Source: Fibrobacteria bacterium
Lineage (GTDB): Bacteria; Fibrobacterota; Fibrobacteria; UBA11236
Direction: 5' to 3'
Length of the DNA: 64,000 nt
NCBI GenBank assembly: GCA_043732185.1
Contig: JAYTHY010000046.1
Coordinates: 32,001-96,000, forward strand
The notes beneath the pieces are model-generated. The model saw only the letters and a list, made by a program, of their open reading frames with translations. It was not told where the DNA came from and did no database searches. Both the position numbers and the translations under genes were made by a program. Positions 49,279-59,256 of this stretch are shown one piece after another (position 1 is the first letter of the stretch; every line of letters begins with the position of its first letter).

Positions 49279-51080
49279 AAACCGAATATCAGAAAGTACG
49301 GAACTCACTCCGATTGGTTTTGTTGTTTCTGGTCACAGCCATAACTTGGTCGAAGGCTGAAATTTCAGCTGAAGCCAATATATCTGCCACACAGGTAGGC
49401 GTTGGCGAGGCCTTTCAACTTACCGTCCAAGTAACCGCAGATGAAGCCCTAGAAAACTTACCGTGGCCGATAGTGGAAAATCTGGATAAATTTACTGTAG
49501 CGAAAAATACCGGGACCACACGCAGTTCTCAGACCACCATTGTTAACGGTCGTATTTCCAATCGCAATCTTTTTGTGACACACTTTTCCTATACCCTGAC
49601 GGCACAGAAACCGGGAAGTTACCCCATTGGTCCCATCCGTTACACGTTTAAGAATTACGACAAAACCCTGGGAAGCGCCACTGTCACGGTGGTCAAACAA
49701 GAGGCTGGGCTTACCACAGAATCCACATTGAGCAAACGATCGGCATTTGTTGGTGAACAGGTCCTTTATAACCTGCGAATCATCCCCTCCCAGGGCGTTC
49801 AGCAAATCAATCTCGCGCAAGATTTACAAAAATTGATTGGGGAGAAATTCTGGTTCCAACGTTTGGATAAAAATGTGGAGCCTAAGGTGGTGAAAATTGC
49901 CGGCCAGGATACACGTGTTTACGATATACGCATTGTGCTCTTCCCTTTACTTACCGGTAAAGCAGAATTGTCCGGTATTCCAGTCGATTATCAACAGATC
50001 AGCCGAAGCCAAAAACGTCGGCAGGGCTCCGTATTCGATATGTTCGATGAAAGTTTCTTCGGCGGTGCAGGATCCGTTGTGGCATTAAAAGCCTTAGCCA
50101 GCCCCATCTCCATGGATGTCCATCCCCTACCCGCTGGAACCCCCTCTGACTTTACAGGTGCGGTGGGAAACTTCACTATTTCTGCTACCACGGATAAAGC
50201 ATCACTGCCCTCAGGCGATGCGTTGACATTGACCGTAACCATTCGCGGGGACGGCGAACCGAAAACCGTTACCAAACCACGCTTACCGGATCTCGCCCAG
50301 TTTGAAGTCTTCGACCCGGAAGTGGCGACCTCCAGCACCATTCAAGGCAGTACATTGGTTTCCATAAAGACGTTTAAATATGTCATTGTTCCCCATCGCA
50401 AAGGGGAATACACTTTAGCGCCAGTTGTGTTTCCCTATTTTGATCCAGCCCGGCGGGTATATGCCGAGGCGAAATCCCAACCCATCACCCTTTCCGTTTC
50501 GGAAGGCAAAGAAATTTCCGCCACCCAGGGGCGCGTAATGAGTCAGAGGGAAATCACGGATATAGGTTCCGATATTCGCCATATTAAAGTCGGCGCTGCC
50601 CCATTAAGAAATGAAGATGACTTTTTATACCATAGACCCTGGTTCTGGTTGCTTTTTCCACCGACACCGACTGCCTTTGCTTTGCTGCTTCTGGTACGCC
50701 GCCGCAATCGAAAACTGGCTTCCGATTCAACCCTTAAGCGTAAGACCCAAGCCAGTGCTCAATTGAAACGCCGTCTAAAAGAGGCGAATGAGGCGTTGAA
50801 ACAAAAAAATGCACATGAATTCTACAAAGCGCTCTCCCAGGCCGTGGTAGGCTTTGCCAGTGACAAATTGAATCTGGAATTCAGGGGAATGATCATGGAC
50901 GAGGCCAAATTGAAACTCACGCAGCGTGGGCTTTCATCCGCCATGGCCGAAGAATATGAAAAGTTAATCCAGCTCTGTGATTTTGGTCAATTTGGCGGCA
51001 CAGAGAGAGACGATAGCGCCTGGAACGCCGCTTTGGACACTGCCGAAACGCTCCTTAGAAAATTGGATCGGGAATTATGA
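49272..51080 (+). CDS. batD: BatD family protein
   Basis: VGVGEAFQL, SQTTIVNG, FVGEQV, VHPLP...FTGAVGNF, FPYFDP, DIRHIK, TM. Confidence 0.88.
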   Translation: MVKTEYQKVRNSLRLVLLFLVTAITWSKAEISAEANISATQVGVGEAFQLTVQVTADEALENLPWPIVENLDKFTVAKNTGTTRSSQTTIVNGRISNRNLFVTHFSYTLTAQKPGSYPIGPIRYTFKNYDKTLGSATVTVVKQEAGLTTESTLSKRSAFVGEQVLYNLRIIPSQGVQQINLAQDLQKLIGEKFWFQRLDKNVEPKVVKIAGQDTRVYDIRIVLFPLLTGKAELSGIPVDYQQISRSQKRRQGSVFDMFDESFFGGAGSVVALKALASPISMDVHPLPAGTPSDFTGAVGNFTISATTDKASLPSGDALTLTVTIRGDGEPKTVTKPRLPDLAQFEVFDPEVATSSTIQGSTLVSIKTFKYVIVPHRKGEYTLAPVVFPYFDPARRVYAEAKSQPITLSVSEGKEISATQGRVMSQREITDIGSDIRHIKVGAAPLRNEDDFLYHRPWFWLLFPPTPTAFALLLLVRRRNRKLASDSTLKRKTQASAQLKRRLKEANEALKQKNAHEFYKALSQAVVGFASDKLNLEFRGMIMDEAKLKLTQRGLSSAMAEEYEKLIQLCDFGQFGGTERDDSAWNAALDTAETLLRKLDREL

Positions 51081-51865
51081 AAGTGTTACGCCATTTTTCC
51101 AAATTGACCATAGCGGTACTTTTGCTTTCAGTATTTTCCCTGGCCAATCAAAGTTCCAGTGAAGGACTGAACCGGGCTACCCTGGCATATGATCAAGGCA
51201 ATACAGCCTATGAGAAAACCGAGTACTCGCAAGCGGCGGATTTGTACCGTCAAGCCATCGACCAAGGGGTAGCGGATTCTCGACTCTTTTATAATTATGC
51301 CAACAGCCTCTTCCGGCTTAACCAATTAGGCATGGCTATACTCTATCTGGAGAAAGCTCATAAACTCAATCCCGATGACGAAGATATCGCCTTCAATCTG
51401 CGTTTCATCAACGCACAAATCGTCGACAAGAATCCCATTCCGGAGTCCAATTTCCTTACCAAAATGCTCTGGTACTTGCACAGTTCCTATTCCATAAATC
51501 AAGGTCTTTGGATTTGTTTGGGGCTGTTCGCAAGTATTTTTTTGGCCGCAACGGCTGCGTTGTTTGCTGGACCCGGCTTGCGGGGCTTTCTATACACAAT
51601 CATGAGTGTGTCCGCCCTAACCCTGGTTATCATCGGGCCATCCCTTTTCTACAAAGTCCGGCAACAAGAGACCTTGCAATATGGAATTGTGCTGAAGGCG
51701 GCCATTGAAATGTTCAGTGGACCTGGAGAGAGCTTCCAAGTTTTAACCAAGGTTCACGAAGGAACCAAGTTTGAAATCGTGGAAACCCGCGGTGATTGGG
51801 TATCGGTAAAATTGGCGAATGGAAAAGGGGGATTTGTGCGTCTGGCCGATTTAGGTAAAGTCTAG
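51077..51865 (+). CDS. batE: BatE (TPR + TM + SH3b)
   Basis: GNTAY, YNYANSLFR...AILYLEKA...PDDEDIAFNL, SGPG...VHEGTK...WVSVKLANGKGGFV. Confidence 0.88.
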   Translation: MKVLRHFSKLTIAVLLLSVFSLANQSSSEGLNRATLAYDQGNTAYEKTEYSQAADLYRQAIDQGVADSRLFYNYANSLFRLNQLGMAILYLEKAHKLNPDDEDIAFNLRFINAQIVDKNPIPESNFLTKMLWYLHSSYSINQGLWICLGLFASIFLAATAALFAGPGLRGFLYTIMSVSALTLVIIGPSLFYKVRQQETLQYGIVLKAAIEMFSGPGESFQVLTKVHEGTKFEIVETRGDWVSVKLANGKGGFVRLADLGKV

Positions 51866-51909
51866 TTCCTTTTCAATTACAATTACTGTCACTATCCATC
51901 AAGGACCGA

Positions 51910-53340
51910 TCATGGACCGCTACGCGCAGCCAACCATGTTCCAGCGGCCGGACATAATCCTAAAACCACCAGTGATGCTGCTATCGTTCCTAAGACAAGC
52001 TTCTGACGCCAAGATAGTGTAATAGCAGGCAGAACATCAGTCGGCTCGACAATATACGCTTCCTTAACGACCAACATGTAGTAGTAAAACGAAACCACAG
52101 CATTGACTACGGCTATCCCCACAAGAGCATAATATCCTTGCGCCGCAGCAGTGGAAAAGAGCAGAAACTTCCCCAGAAATCCTGCCAAAGGTGGAATGCC
52201 TGCCAGTGAGAACATGCACAGCAACAACAAAACGGCCAGCCCTGGACTGCGTCGACTTAAACCTCTAAGCGACGAAATAGTGTCCGGTCCGGTTTGCGCT
52301 ACTATGCTCATAATGAAATACAAACCGAAGCTGGTTAGACCGTAGGCCAATAAATTGTACTGCAATGCTGACCTGGCAGCCCCGGCATCACCGAGCAGTG
52401 ACAAAAGCATATAACCCACTTGGGCAATGGAAGAGTAGGCGACGAATCGGCGCAAATTGGTTTGGCGCATGGCGCCTAAATTGCCAACCACCATAGACAG
52501 CACGGCAGCGGCAGAAATAAACCGAACCAATCCGGGACGGAGCAGGTCCAGTGGACCTAAGAAAAGAACAGTAGTAGCGGCCACGGCGGCCATTTTAGAG
52601 CCCACGGATAGGAAAGCCATGACCGGCGTAGGGGCGCCTTGATACACATCCGGAGCCCACATATGCAGTGGTGCCATAGCTAGTTTAAATCCCAAGCCAC
52701 CGAGCAGAAAAATTGTGCCGCCCCAAAGCAAGGGCTGCCCGGGATTCATTTGAACCGCCGTAGCCACCGCATCAAATCCCAATCCGCCCGCAGCGCCAAA
52801 AAGAAAGGAAATGCCGAATAAGGAAAGCGCGGACGAGAAACCTCCCATCAGAACATACTTTGATCCCGCTTCCACAGAATCCGAGTCATTGGGTTGAAAT
52901 GCGGCAAGTGCATACAGGGGTAGAGTCGCCAGTTCCAGTCCCAAATAGAATGTCAATAAATCCCGGGCAGAAACCAGCGCGAACATACCCAGAGTGCATA
53001 AAATGAGCAGCCCAAAAAAAGCTCCGGGGCGAGTCAATGCGCCGCGAATAGTACCACCTGGTTGAAAGTACGGTTTTGAAAGCCAAGTTGTGGCAAGTGC
53101 TGCCAAGGTAAACAGAAATTTCCAAAGCAGGGTACCAGAAGAGGCACGGTAACCGCCAAAGGACCCTATTCGAGCAGACTCGGGTAGAAGCACAATTCCT
53201 ATTCCGATGACTAGCAATCCCATCCACGCAATGGTAAAAGCCTTCTTTCCTTCCGTCGGCCCTAAGTCGGAAATCAATACGAGCAGTGCCAAAGCGAACA
53301 AACCCAGATCTGGTAAAAATGGAAGTAGCGCGTTCATCAT
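51910..53340 (-). CDS. nuoN: Complex I subunit N
   Basis: EAGSKY, GFKLAMAPLHMWAPDVYQGAPTP, AYSSIAQ, SLAGIPPLAGFLGK. Confidence 0.95.
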   Translation of the reverse strand: MMNALLPFLPDLGLFALALLVLISDLGPTEGKKAFTIAWMGLLVIGIGIVLLPESARIGSFGGYRASSGTLLWKFLFTLAALATTWLSKPYFQPGGTIRGALTRPGAFFGLLILCTLGMFALVSARDLLTFYLGLELATLPLYALAAFQPNDSDSVEAGSKYVLMGGFSSALSLFGISFLFGAAGGLGFDAVATAVQMNPGQPLLWGGTIFLLGGLGFKLAMAPLHMWAPDVYQGAPTPVMAFLSVGSKMAAVAATTVLFLGPLDLLRPGLVRFISAAAVLSMVVGNLGAMRQTNLRRFVAYSSIAQVGYMLLSLLGDAGAARSALQYNLLAYGLTSFGLYFIMSIVAQTGPDTISSLRGLSRRSPGLAVLLLLCMFSLAGIPPLAGFLGKFLLFSTAAAQGYYALVGIAVVNAVVSFYYYMLVVKEAYIVEPTDVLPAITLSWRQKLVLGTIAASLVVLGLCPAAGTWLAARSGP

Positions 53341-53344
53341 AGGC

Positions 53345-54886
53345 CTAGCGATTCAAATTGTTAAGGATGGGTAGAATGGCCTGATCCAAAAGTGTGGCCA
53401 ACTTGCCAGGAAAGAGTCCCATGCCCAGGATACAAGCAAGCAGCAATACCAACGGCACTTTTTCCATAAACGTGGCATCGCCGATTTCTGAATTGCCTGT
53501 ACCGTTTTCAGTCCCACTGACTCGGCTAGGACCATGCAAAATGGAGTTAGTCGCTCTGAGGATATAGATGGCTGTCACCACAATAGACATCACTGCAAAA
53601 GCCGTACACAGAATAGCTAAGGGTTTGCCAGTAGTAAAACCTCCTAGAAAAACATTCAATTCGGCCGCGAAGCCTGCCAGTCCAGGCAGACCCAATGCAG
53701 CAAAACCGGCAAGGATAAAACAGGTAGCCAAGAATGGCATTGAGGCCATCAGCCCAGACATTTCAGAAATTTTACGCGTATGCGTTCTGGCATAAATCAT
53801 TCCGATCAGACAAAAAACGGCTGCGGTGATGAATCCGTGCGCCAACATTTGCAGCACTGCGCCGCGCAAACCGGTGCTATTTAGAAAAGCCAGACCCAGG
53901 AACACCAGCCCGCAATGGGAAACGGAGGAATAGGCGTTCATATATTTAAGGTCCTTCTGCTTAACGGCCACAATGCCGCCCCAAATTACGCCAGCCGCTG
54001 CCAAAATCAGGAAGGCATTCATCCAAATGCGGCAACCTTCCGGCAGCAAATACATGGCTATGCGAAGGCAACCGTAACTTCCAAGTTTCATATGCACACC
54101 AGCCAAAAACATGGAAACGGCCGTGGGCGCGGAAGCATGTCCGTCCGGGGACCAAATATGGAAAGGAAACATATTCCCCAGAATACCGAAGCCTAAAAAA
54201 ATGACAGGAAAGGCCCAAAGCTGGAAGCCTTCACTAAACCGGATTCGGGACAATTCCAGAATGTCGAAAGTATGGATTCCGGATTCAAAGTAAAGGCCTA
54301 GAATCCCAAGCAGAATGAGCGCCGAACCACCCATCAGCATCAGATTCAGTTTCATGGCAGCATACTCTTTGCGACCACTGCCGAACATGCCAATTAGCAA
54401 ATAAGTGGGAATCAAGGTCAGTTCGTTAAAGACGAAGAAGGCGAATAGATCAAAAGTGATGAAGCTGCCAAAGACACCAGCCGCCAATATTTGCAGGAGA
54501 ATAAAGAATTCCTTTGTGCGCTTATCAATAGTCCAACTGGCCATAGTACCACAAAAAACCACGACCCCGGCCATGACCATCATGGCCATGGAAATAGCGT
54601 CCACGCCGGCATGATAGCGAATGTTCAAGGCCGGGAACCAGGAGATATCGGTGACAAAGGCCAGTACCGATTCAGTACCGCCAGCGGGAACTTGCGGTGG
54701 GTTCAAGAAGAAAACGGTTGCCAGCAGGGATATAAGAGCCAAGTTTATCCCGTTGACGGCCAAGCTGAACCAGCGTACAGCGGAAACCTTCGTCTCTGGT
54801 AATGCCATAAGCATTCCTGCCGAAAGCAGCGGCATGAGCCAGGTCAATGTGAGGAGAAGGGGTGCATGGGGAAGTGCGGTTTGCAT
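53345..54886 (-). CDS. nuoM: Complex I subunit M
   Basis: FPFHIWSPDGHASAPT, MKLGSYG, AYSSVSH, LGLPGLAGF. Confidence 0.95.
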   Translation of the reverse strand: MQTALPHAPLLLTLTWLMPLLSAGMLMALPETKVSAVRWFSLAVNGINLALISLLATVFFLNPPQVPAGGTESVLAFVTDISWFPALNIRYHAGVDAISMAMMVMAGVVVFCGTMASWTIDKRTKEFFILLQILAAGVFGSFITFDLFAFFVFNELTLIPTYLLIGMFGSGRKEYAAMKLNLMLMGGSALILLGILGLYFESGIHTFDILELSRIRFSEGFQLWAFPVIFLGFGILGNMFPFHIWSPDGHASAPTAVSMFLAGVHMKLGSYGCLRIAMYLLPEGCRIWMNAFLILAAAGVIWGGIVAVKQKDLKYMNAYSSVSHCGLVFLGLAFLNSTGLRGAVLQMLAHGFITAAVFCLIGMIYARTHTRKISEMSGLMASMPFLATCFILAGFAALGLPGLAGFAAELNVFLGGFTTGKPLAILCTAFAVMSIVVTAIYILRATNSILHGPSRVSGTENGTGNSEIGDATFMEKVPLVLLLACILGMGLFPGKLATLLDQAILPILNNLNR

Positions 54887-56850
54887 CAGAAGTTCGCACC
54901 TCCATACCAGGCCAAAAACAAAAGGCCAAGCAAAGCCGTTACCATATAAAATTGCACCTGGCCGCTTTGAAATAACCCTTGGATAAAGGCTGCCTGGCGG
55001 ACGAAAAAGGTTAGGAGATCAAAACTGCCATTGACGATGGTCCTTTCCATCCAAGTGATCGGCGCTGCAATCAAGCGTGCGCCCACTCGCTTGATCAGAA
55101 ACAGGTACAATTCGTCGATATAAAATTTGTGATAAACAACCGTGTACCAAAAGGATTCAGTTCGGTTCGCATAACCAGCCTTCTGCTTCTTGAACGCATA
55201 GTAATACCAGCTCATGCCCACACCGAGTAAAGCCAGCAGAGATGCGACAACAGGCAACCACTCTAGACTACCCTGTGAAGCTTCAGAAGTTTCCGCCATC
55301 CCGGAGGAAAATGGCAAAACCGTTTTTAAGAAAAAATCTTTGGAAAGCCAACCGATAATCGCACTGGGCACGGCCAAAACTAGAATTGGCAATGTCATTA
55401 ACCAGCCTTCTCGGCCTGGGACAACATGACCACTCGTTTGACCGGACTTGGCCGTTCCATGAAAGATGAGGAAAAAATACCTGGACATATAAAACGCGGT
55501 CAAGCCACTGGTGAGTAGGCCTGCCACAAAAGCGCCATAATGTCCGTGGTCAAAAGCCGCATGCAAAATTGCTTCTTTCGAAAAAAATCCTGAAAATGGA
55601 AAAATTCCTATGATCGCTACGCAGGCTATGAGTGTTGCCCAATAGGTGCGTGGCAGAAAGCGACGTAAAACTCCAGTATCGCGAATATCATTGCTGTGTA
55701 TGGAATGAATGATAATTCCGGCTGATAGGAATAAAAGACATTTGAAAAAGGCATGGGTAAAGACATGGAACATGGACCCTGTAAATGCTGCCTGGGATTG
55801 GGTTCCCAGCGAAAGCATCATCAAGCCCAATTGAGACAATGTGGAAAAAGCGAGTATTCTTTTAAGATCGGTTTGCGTGCAGGCAATCACGGCTGCGAAT
55901 ACAGCGGTAAAAGCACCCGTGCCCTCAACCACTCTTAGCGTATATTCAGCCGCCGAGAAAAGTGGATAAAGTCGAGCCGTTAAATAAATTCCCGCTACTA
56001 CCATGGTGGCCGAATGGATCAAGGAGGAAACGGGGGTGGGCCCTTCCATGGCATCGGGAAGCCAAACGTGAAACGGGAACATGGCGGACTTGCCCCAAGC
56101 ACCCATATAAATGAACAACGTTCCCAAAGTCAAAAGATTGCATCCGAGGAATCCCATGCCAATGGTATGGTTTAAGGCCAAAGCAGCATCAGGGCCATTT
56201 ACCTTGATAAAATCAAAACTACCTACGGTCGAACCCACGGCAATCATGCCCATTAAAAAGAAGGCATCGGCGAAGCGCGTCAGTATAAACGCCTTTTTGC
56301 TGGCGGCTACGGCCGAAGGCTTGGTGTACCAGAAGCCAATGAGCAAATACGAAGCCGTGCCCACTAATTCCCAGCAGAAAAAGGTTTGCACCAAATTACT
56401 GGAGACGACAAGCCCCAACATGGTAAAGGTAAAGAAAGAAAGAAGCGGAAAGAATCGTCCCTGTCCTTTATCCTCATGCATATACCCTATCGAGTAGAAA
56501 TGGACGAGGAAGGAAATACAGGAAATAACCAGCACCATCATCACCGAAATAGGATCCAAGTAAAAGCCCAACTTGGCGGCTGGAAAAGCGCCAGCACCCG
56601 TATTGAATACCATCCAAACATGTTCCCAGGCCAAAGCTGTTCGTTTTGGGAATACATCCGGATGGCCCAAAACCTCCGACCAATAACCGAGGCCCAAAAG
56701 CAATGCCAGGACGAGTGTCCCACCCATGAGCAATGTGGCGGTCCATGCCGAAGCGACACCACTTTTCCTGCCCAGCCATAATCCATTGATTAAAAAGGAA
56801 AGGAGTGGCAACGCCAGAATACCATATGCCAACAAGCCAAGCTTATCCAT
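54886..56850 (-). CDS. nuoL: Complex I subunit L
   Basis: YSIGYM, WELVG, GKSAMFPFHVWLPDAMEGPTPVSSLIHSATMV, HAFFK. Confidence 0.97.
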   Translation of the reverse strand: MDKLGLLAYGILALPLLSFLINGLWLGRKSGVASAWTATLLMGGTLVLALLLGLGYWSEVLGHPDVFPKRTALAWEHVWMVFNTGAGAFPAAKLGFYLDPISVMMVLVISCISFLVHFYSIGYMHEDKGQGRFFPLLSFFTFTMLGLVVSSNLVQTFFCWELVGTASYLLIGFWYTKPSAVAASKKAFILTRFADAFFLMGMIAVGSTVGSFDFIKVNGPDAALALNHTIGMGFLGCNLLTLGTLFIYMGAWGKSAMFPFHVWLPDAMEGPTPVSSLIHSATMVVAGIYLTARLYPLFSAAEYTLRVVEGTGAFTAVFAAVIACTQTDLKRILAFSTLSQLGLMMLSLGTQSQAAFTGSMFHVFTHAFFKCLLFLSAGIIIHSIHSNDIRDTGVLRRFLPRTYWATLIACVAIIGIFPFSGFFSKEAILHAAFDHGHYGAFVAGLLTSGLTAFYMSRYFFLIFHGTAKSGQTSGHVVPGREGWLMTLPILVLAVPSAIIGWLSKDFFLKTVLPFSSGMAETSEASQGSLEWLPVVASLLALLGVGMSWYYYAFKKQKAGYANRTESFWYTVVYHKFYIDELYLFLIKRVGARLIAAPITWMERTIVNGSFDLLTFFVRQAAFIQGLFQSGQVQFYMVTALLGLLFLAWYGGANF

Positions 56851-57163
56851 GCATACTATCCAGTTGACGCAAGTCTAGATGACGTCTATTTCGGTGCACA
56901 ACAATAACCATGGCCAAGGCCAGAGCCATTTCCGCTGCCGTGACGGCCACAGCGAAGAGCACAAAAATGCTGCCGGCCTCCGCATCGCGCATTACCCCTT
57001 CCGATCCGCCGAATCTTGCAAAGGCGATAAAATTTATGAGAGCAGAATTGACCATTAGCTCCAAAGACATCAAAGCTGCCAGCATATTTCGGCGCGTTAA
57101 CAATCCATAGGTTCCAATAGCGAAAAGGCTAGCGGATAAAAGCAAACAGGTGGTTAAATTCAT
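56843..57163 (-). CDS. nuoK: Complex I subunit K
   Basis: GLLTRRN...MSLELMVN...AVTAAEMALAL. Confidence 0.93.
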   Translation of the reverse strand: MNLTTCLLLSASLFAIGTYGLLTRRNMLAALMSLELMVNSALINFIAFARFGGSEGVMRDAEAGSIFVLFAVAVTAAEMALALAMVIVVHRNRRHLDLRQLDSMHG

Positions 57164-57723
57164 AAGGGTTTCCCCTCTTCATTAGGCACGGTTCCGCTGG
57201 TAGTATTACTTCGTCTCGCTAGAGCAATGGCTCCCACCATAGAGGCTAACAGCAAAACGGAAATCAGTTCAAACGGAATCAAAAATCCATCTGGCCCAGA
57301 ATCCAGCATGCGAAGGCCCAGGGATCGCAAAGCGGCAATATCACCAAAGGAGGAAATATCGCCAGCTGTCAAGGTGTTCTCATCCACATGCGTCGTGCGC
57401 GCCAAGCCAAGTAAGAAAATCATGACTGTAACGGAAACAATCAATCCAGAAACAACCTTCAAAACGGAAGGATGCGCCATTTTTCCACCTAGCTCCGAAG
57501 TCAACAGCACGGCGTACAGCACGAAAATCATTATTCCACCGATATAGACCATGACCTGTACCAACGCCACCATTTCTGCGCGCAGTAAAAGGAAAAGAAT
57601 CGCCGTACAAAGCAGCACGCCCAAAAGCCCCATGGCGGAACGAAACAAATTTCGCGCAAGTACGGTTACACCTGCTAAACCAAGCAGCGCCGCGCAAAGA
57701 GCATAAAAGAATAGATCACGCAC
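57160..57723 (-). CDS. nuoJ: Complex I subunit J
   Basis: QVMVYIGGIMIFVLYAVLL, PFELISVLLLASMVGAI. Confidence 0.93.
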   Translation of the reverse strand: MRDLFFYALCAALLGLAGVTVLARNLFRSAMGLLGVLLCTAILFLLLRAEMVALVQVMVYIGGIMIFVLYAVLLTSELGGKMAHPSVLKVVSGLIVSVTVMIFLLGLARTTHVDENTLTAGDISSFGDIAALRSLGLRMLDSGPDGFLIPFELISVLLLASMVGAIALARRSNTTSGTVPNEEGKPL

Positions 57724-57725
57724 TT

Positions 57726-58160
57726 TCAGCGCCCCTCGGTTTTATTGAGGATATAATCCAATTCATCTCGTTTATAGGCAGCCATTTCAAAACCATGGCC
57801 CATTCGAATGGCATCGAAGGGACATGCCTCGATACATAGATTGCAAAGGGTACAGGTCGAGAAACGGTAGACGAATGCGCCCAAGACGCGTTTGGAAGCC
57901 AGGTTCTTGGTAGTCAAAATGGAGATCGTTCCATTGGGGCAGGCCTTTTCACATAGCGTACACGCTGTGCAATTGTGTTCCCCTTCCGCATCATGGGGCA
58001 TGACGACTTGGCCACGGAAGCGTTCAGCGAATTTGAGCGTATCGCGATTCTCGGGATATTCTTTCGTCACCACTCGGCTAGGCCGGGAAATATAGCGGAA
58101 GGTAACACCCATGCCTTTGAACAGGTTCAGCGTATCCTTAAGTACCGTGCTTAATTTCAT
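57726..58160 (-). CDS. nuoI: Complex I subunit I (2x[4Fe-4S])
   Basis: TKEYP, RFRG, CTACTLCEKACP and CTLCNLCIEACP. Confidence 0.95.
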   Translation of the reverse strand: MKLSTVLKDTLNLFKGMGVTFRYISRPSRVVTKEYPENRDTLKFAERFRGQVVMPHDAEGEHNCTACTLCEKACPNGTISILTTKNLASKRVLGAFVYRFSTCTLCNLCIEACPFDAIRMGHGFEMAAYKRDELDYILNKTEGR

Positions 58161-58173
58161 CTTGGCCCCGAAA

Positions 58174-59256
58174 TCATGGCAGTATCAATTTGAATGTGAT
58201 CAAGGTGGCGGCCACCAGTAAGTTGGCCATGGAAACCGGAAGTAAAAATTTCCATTCGAGAGAAAGCAAATGATCGATGCGAAGGCGAGGAAATGTCCAC
58301 CGGAACCACATATAGAGCAAAATAATGGTATAGGTCTTGGCGAAAAACCATAGCACACCGGGAATAAAGGCCAGGACATTATCAATGGGCCCAATGCCAA
58401 ATTGCGGTGCCAGGAATCCACCAAGGAAAAAAGTAGCACAGAGGCCAGCGGACGCAAACATGTTCACAAACTCCGCCAGAAAGAACATGGAAAATGTAAT
58501 GCCGGAATATTCGGTATGAAAACCACCCGTCAACTCGGATTCCGCCTCGGAAAGATCCAAAGGTCCACGGTTCAGTTCGGCAGTAGAGGATATCATATAG
58601 ATGACAAACGCCAAGAGACCGGCGCCCGGCAGCTTGAAAATCCACCAATCCAAAACCGTGCCTTGCTGGGATAAAACAATTCCCCGTAAGGAACCGGTTC
58701 CACTGGCCATGACCACCAGTAACATGCAAAGTACCATGGACAATTCATAAGAAAACAACTGCGCCCCGGCCCGCATGGCGCCAAGCAGGGAATATTTATT
58801 GTTGGAACCCCAACCGCCGATAAGAATGCCAAGAATGCCCAATCCGGAAACGGCGGCAATATACACCATTCCTGCATCCGGATCCGTAACCTGCAAATCA
58901 TGTCCGAAAGGAATAACAACCAGTACCAGAAAGGATCCGGTGATGGGAAGCAACGGCGCAATAAAATAAGCCAGCACATCCACGGCCTTGGGCCGGATGC
59001 TTTCCTTCATTAAAAGTTTGATGGAGTCGGCGATGGGTTGCAATAGTCCAAATGGGCCAACGCGCGTGGGGCCAAGCCTCCCCTGGAACCGGGCGCATAC
59101 TTTTCGCTCCAGCCAAACCAGGAAAATGGCAGTGACGACAACTAGGCCACACACGGCGACAACAGCAAGAAGTCCGTTGGCTAAGGCGGCCAACGTAGGA
59201 GGCAGAACACTTCGAACCCAATCGCCAATAGGATGATTGACTGTGTATACCATCAT
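58174..59256 (-). CDS. nuoH: Complex I subunit H
   Basis: ERKVCARFQGRLGP, QPIADSIKL, SNNKYSLLG, EAESELTGGFHTEYSG, RWTFPRLRID. Confidence 0.97.
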   Translation of the reverse strand: MMVYTVNHPIGDWVRSVLPPTLAALANGLLAVVAVCGLVVVTAIFLVWLERKVCARFQGRLGPTRVGPFGLLQPIADSIKLLMKESIRPKAVDVLAYFIAPLLPITGSFLVLVVIPFGHDLQVTDPDAGMVYIAAVSGLGILGILIGGWGSNNKYSLLGAMRAGAQLFSYELSMVLCMLLVVMASGTGSLRGIVLSQQGTVLDWWIFKLPGAGLLAFVIYMISSTAELNRGPLDLSEAESELTGGFHTEYSGITFSMFFLAEFVNMFASAGLCATFFLGGFLAPQFGIGPIDNVLAFIPGVLWFFAKTYTIILLYMWFRWTFPRLRIDHLLSLEWKFLLPVSMANLLVAATLITFKLILP

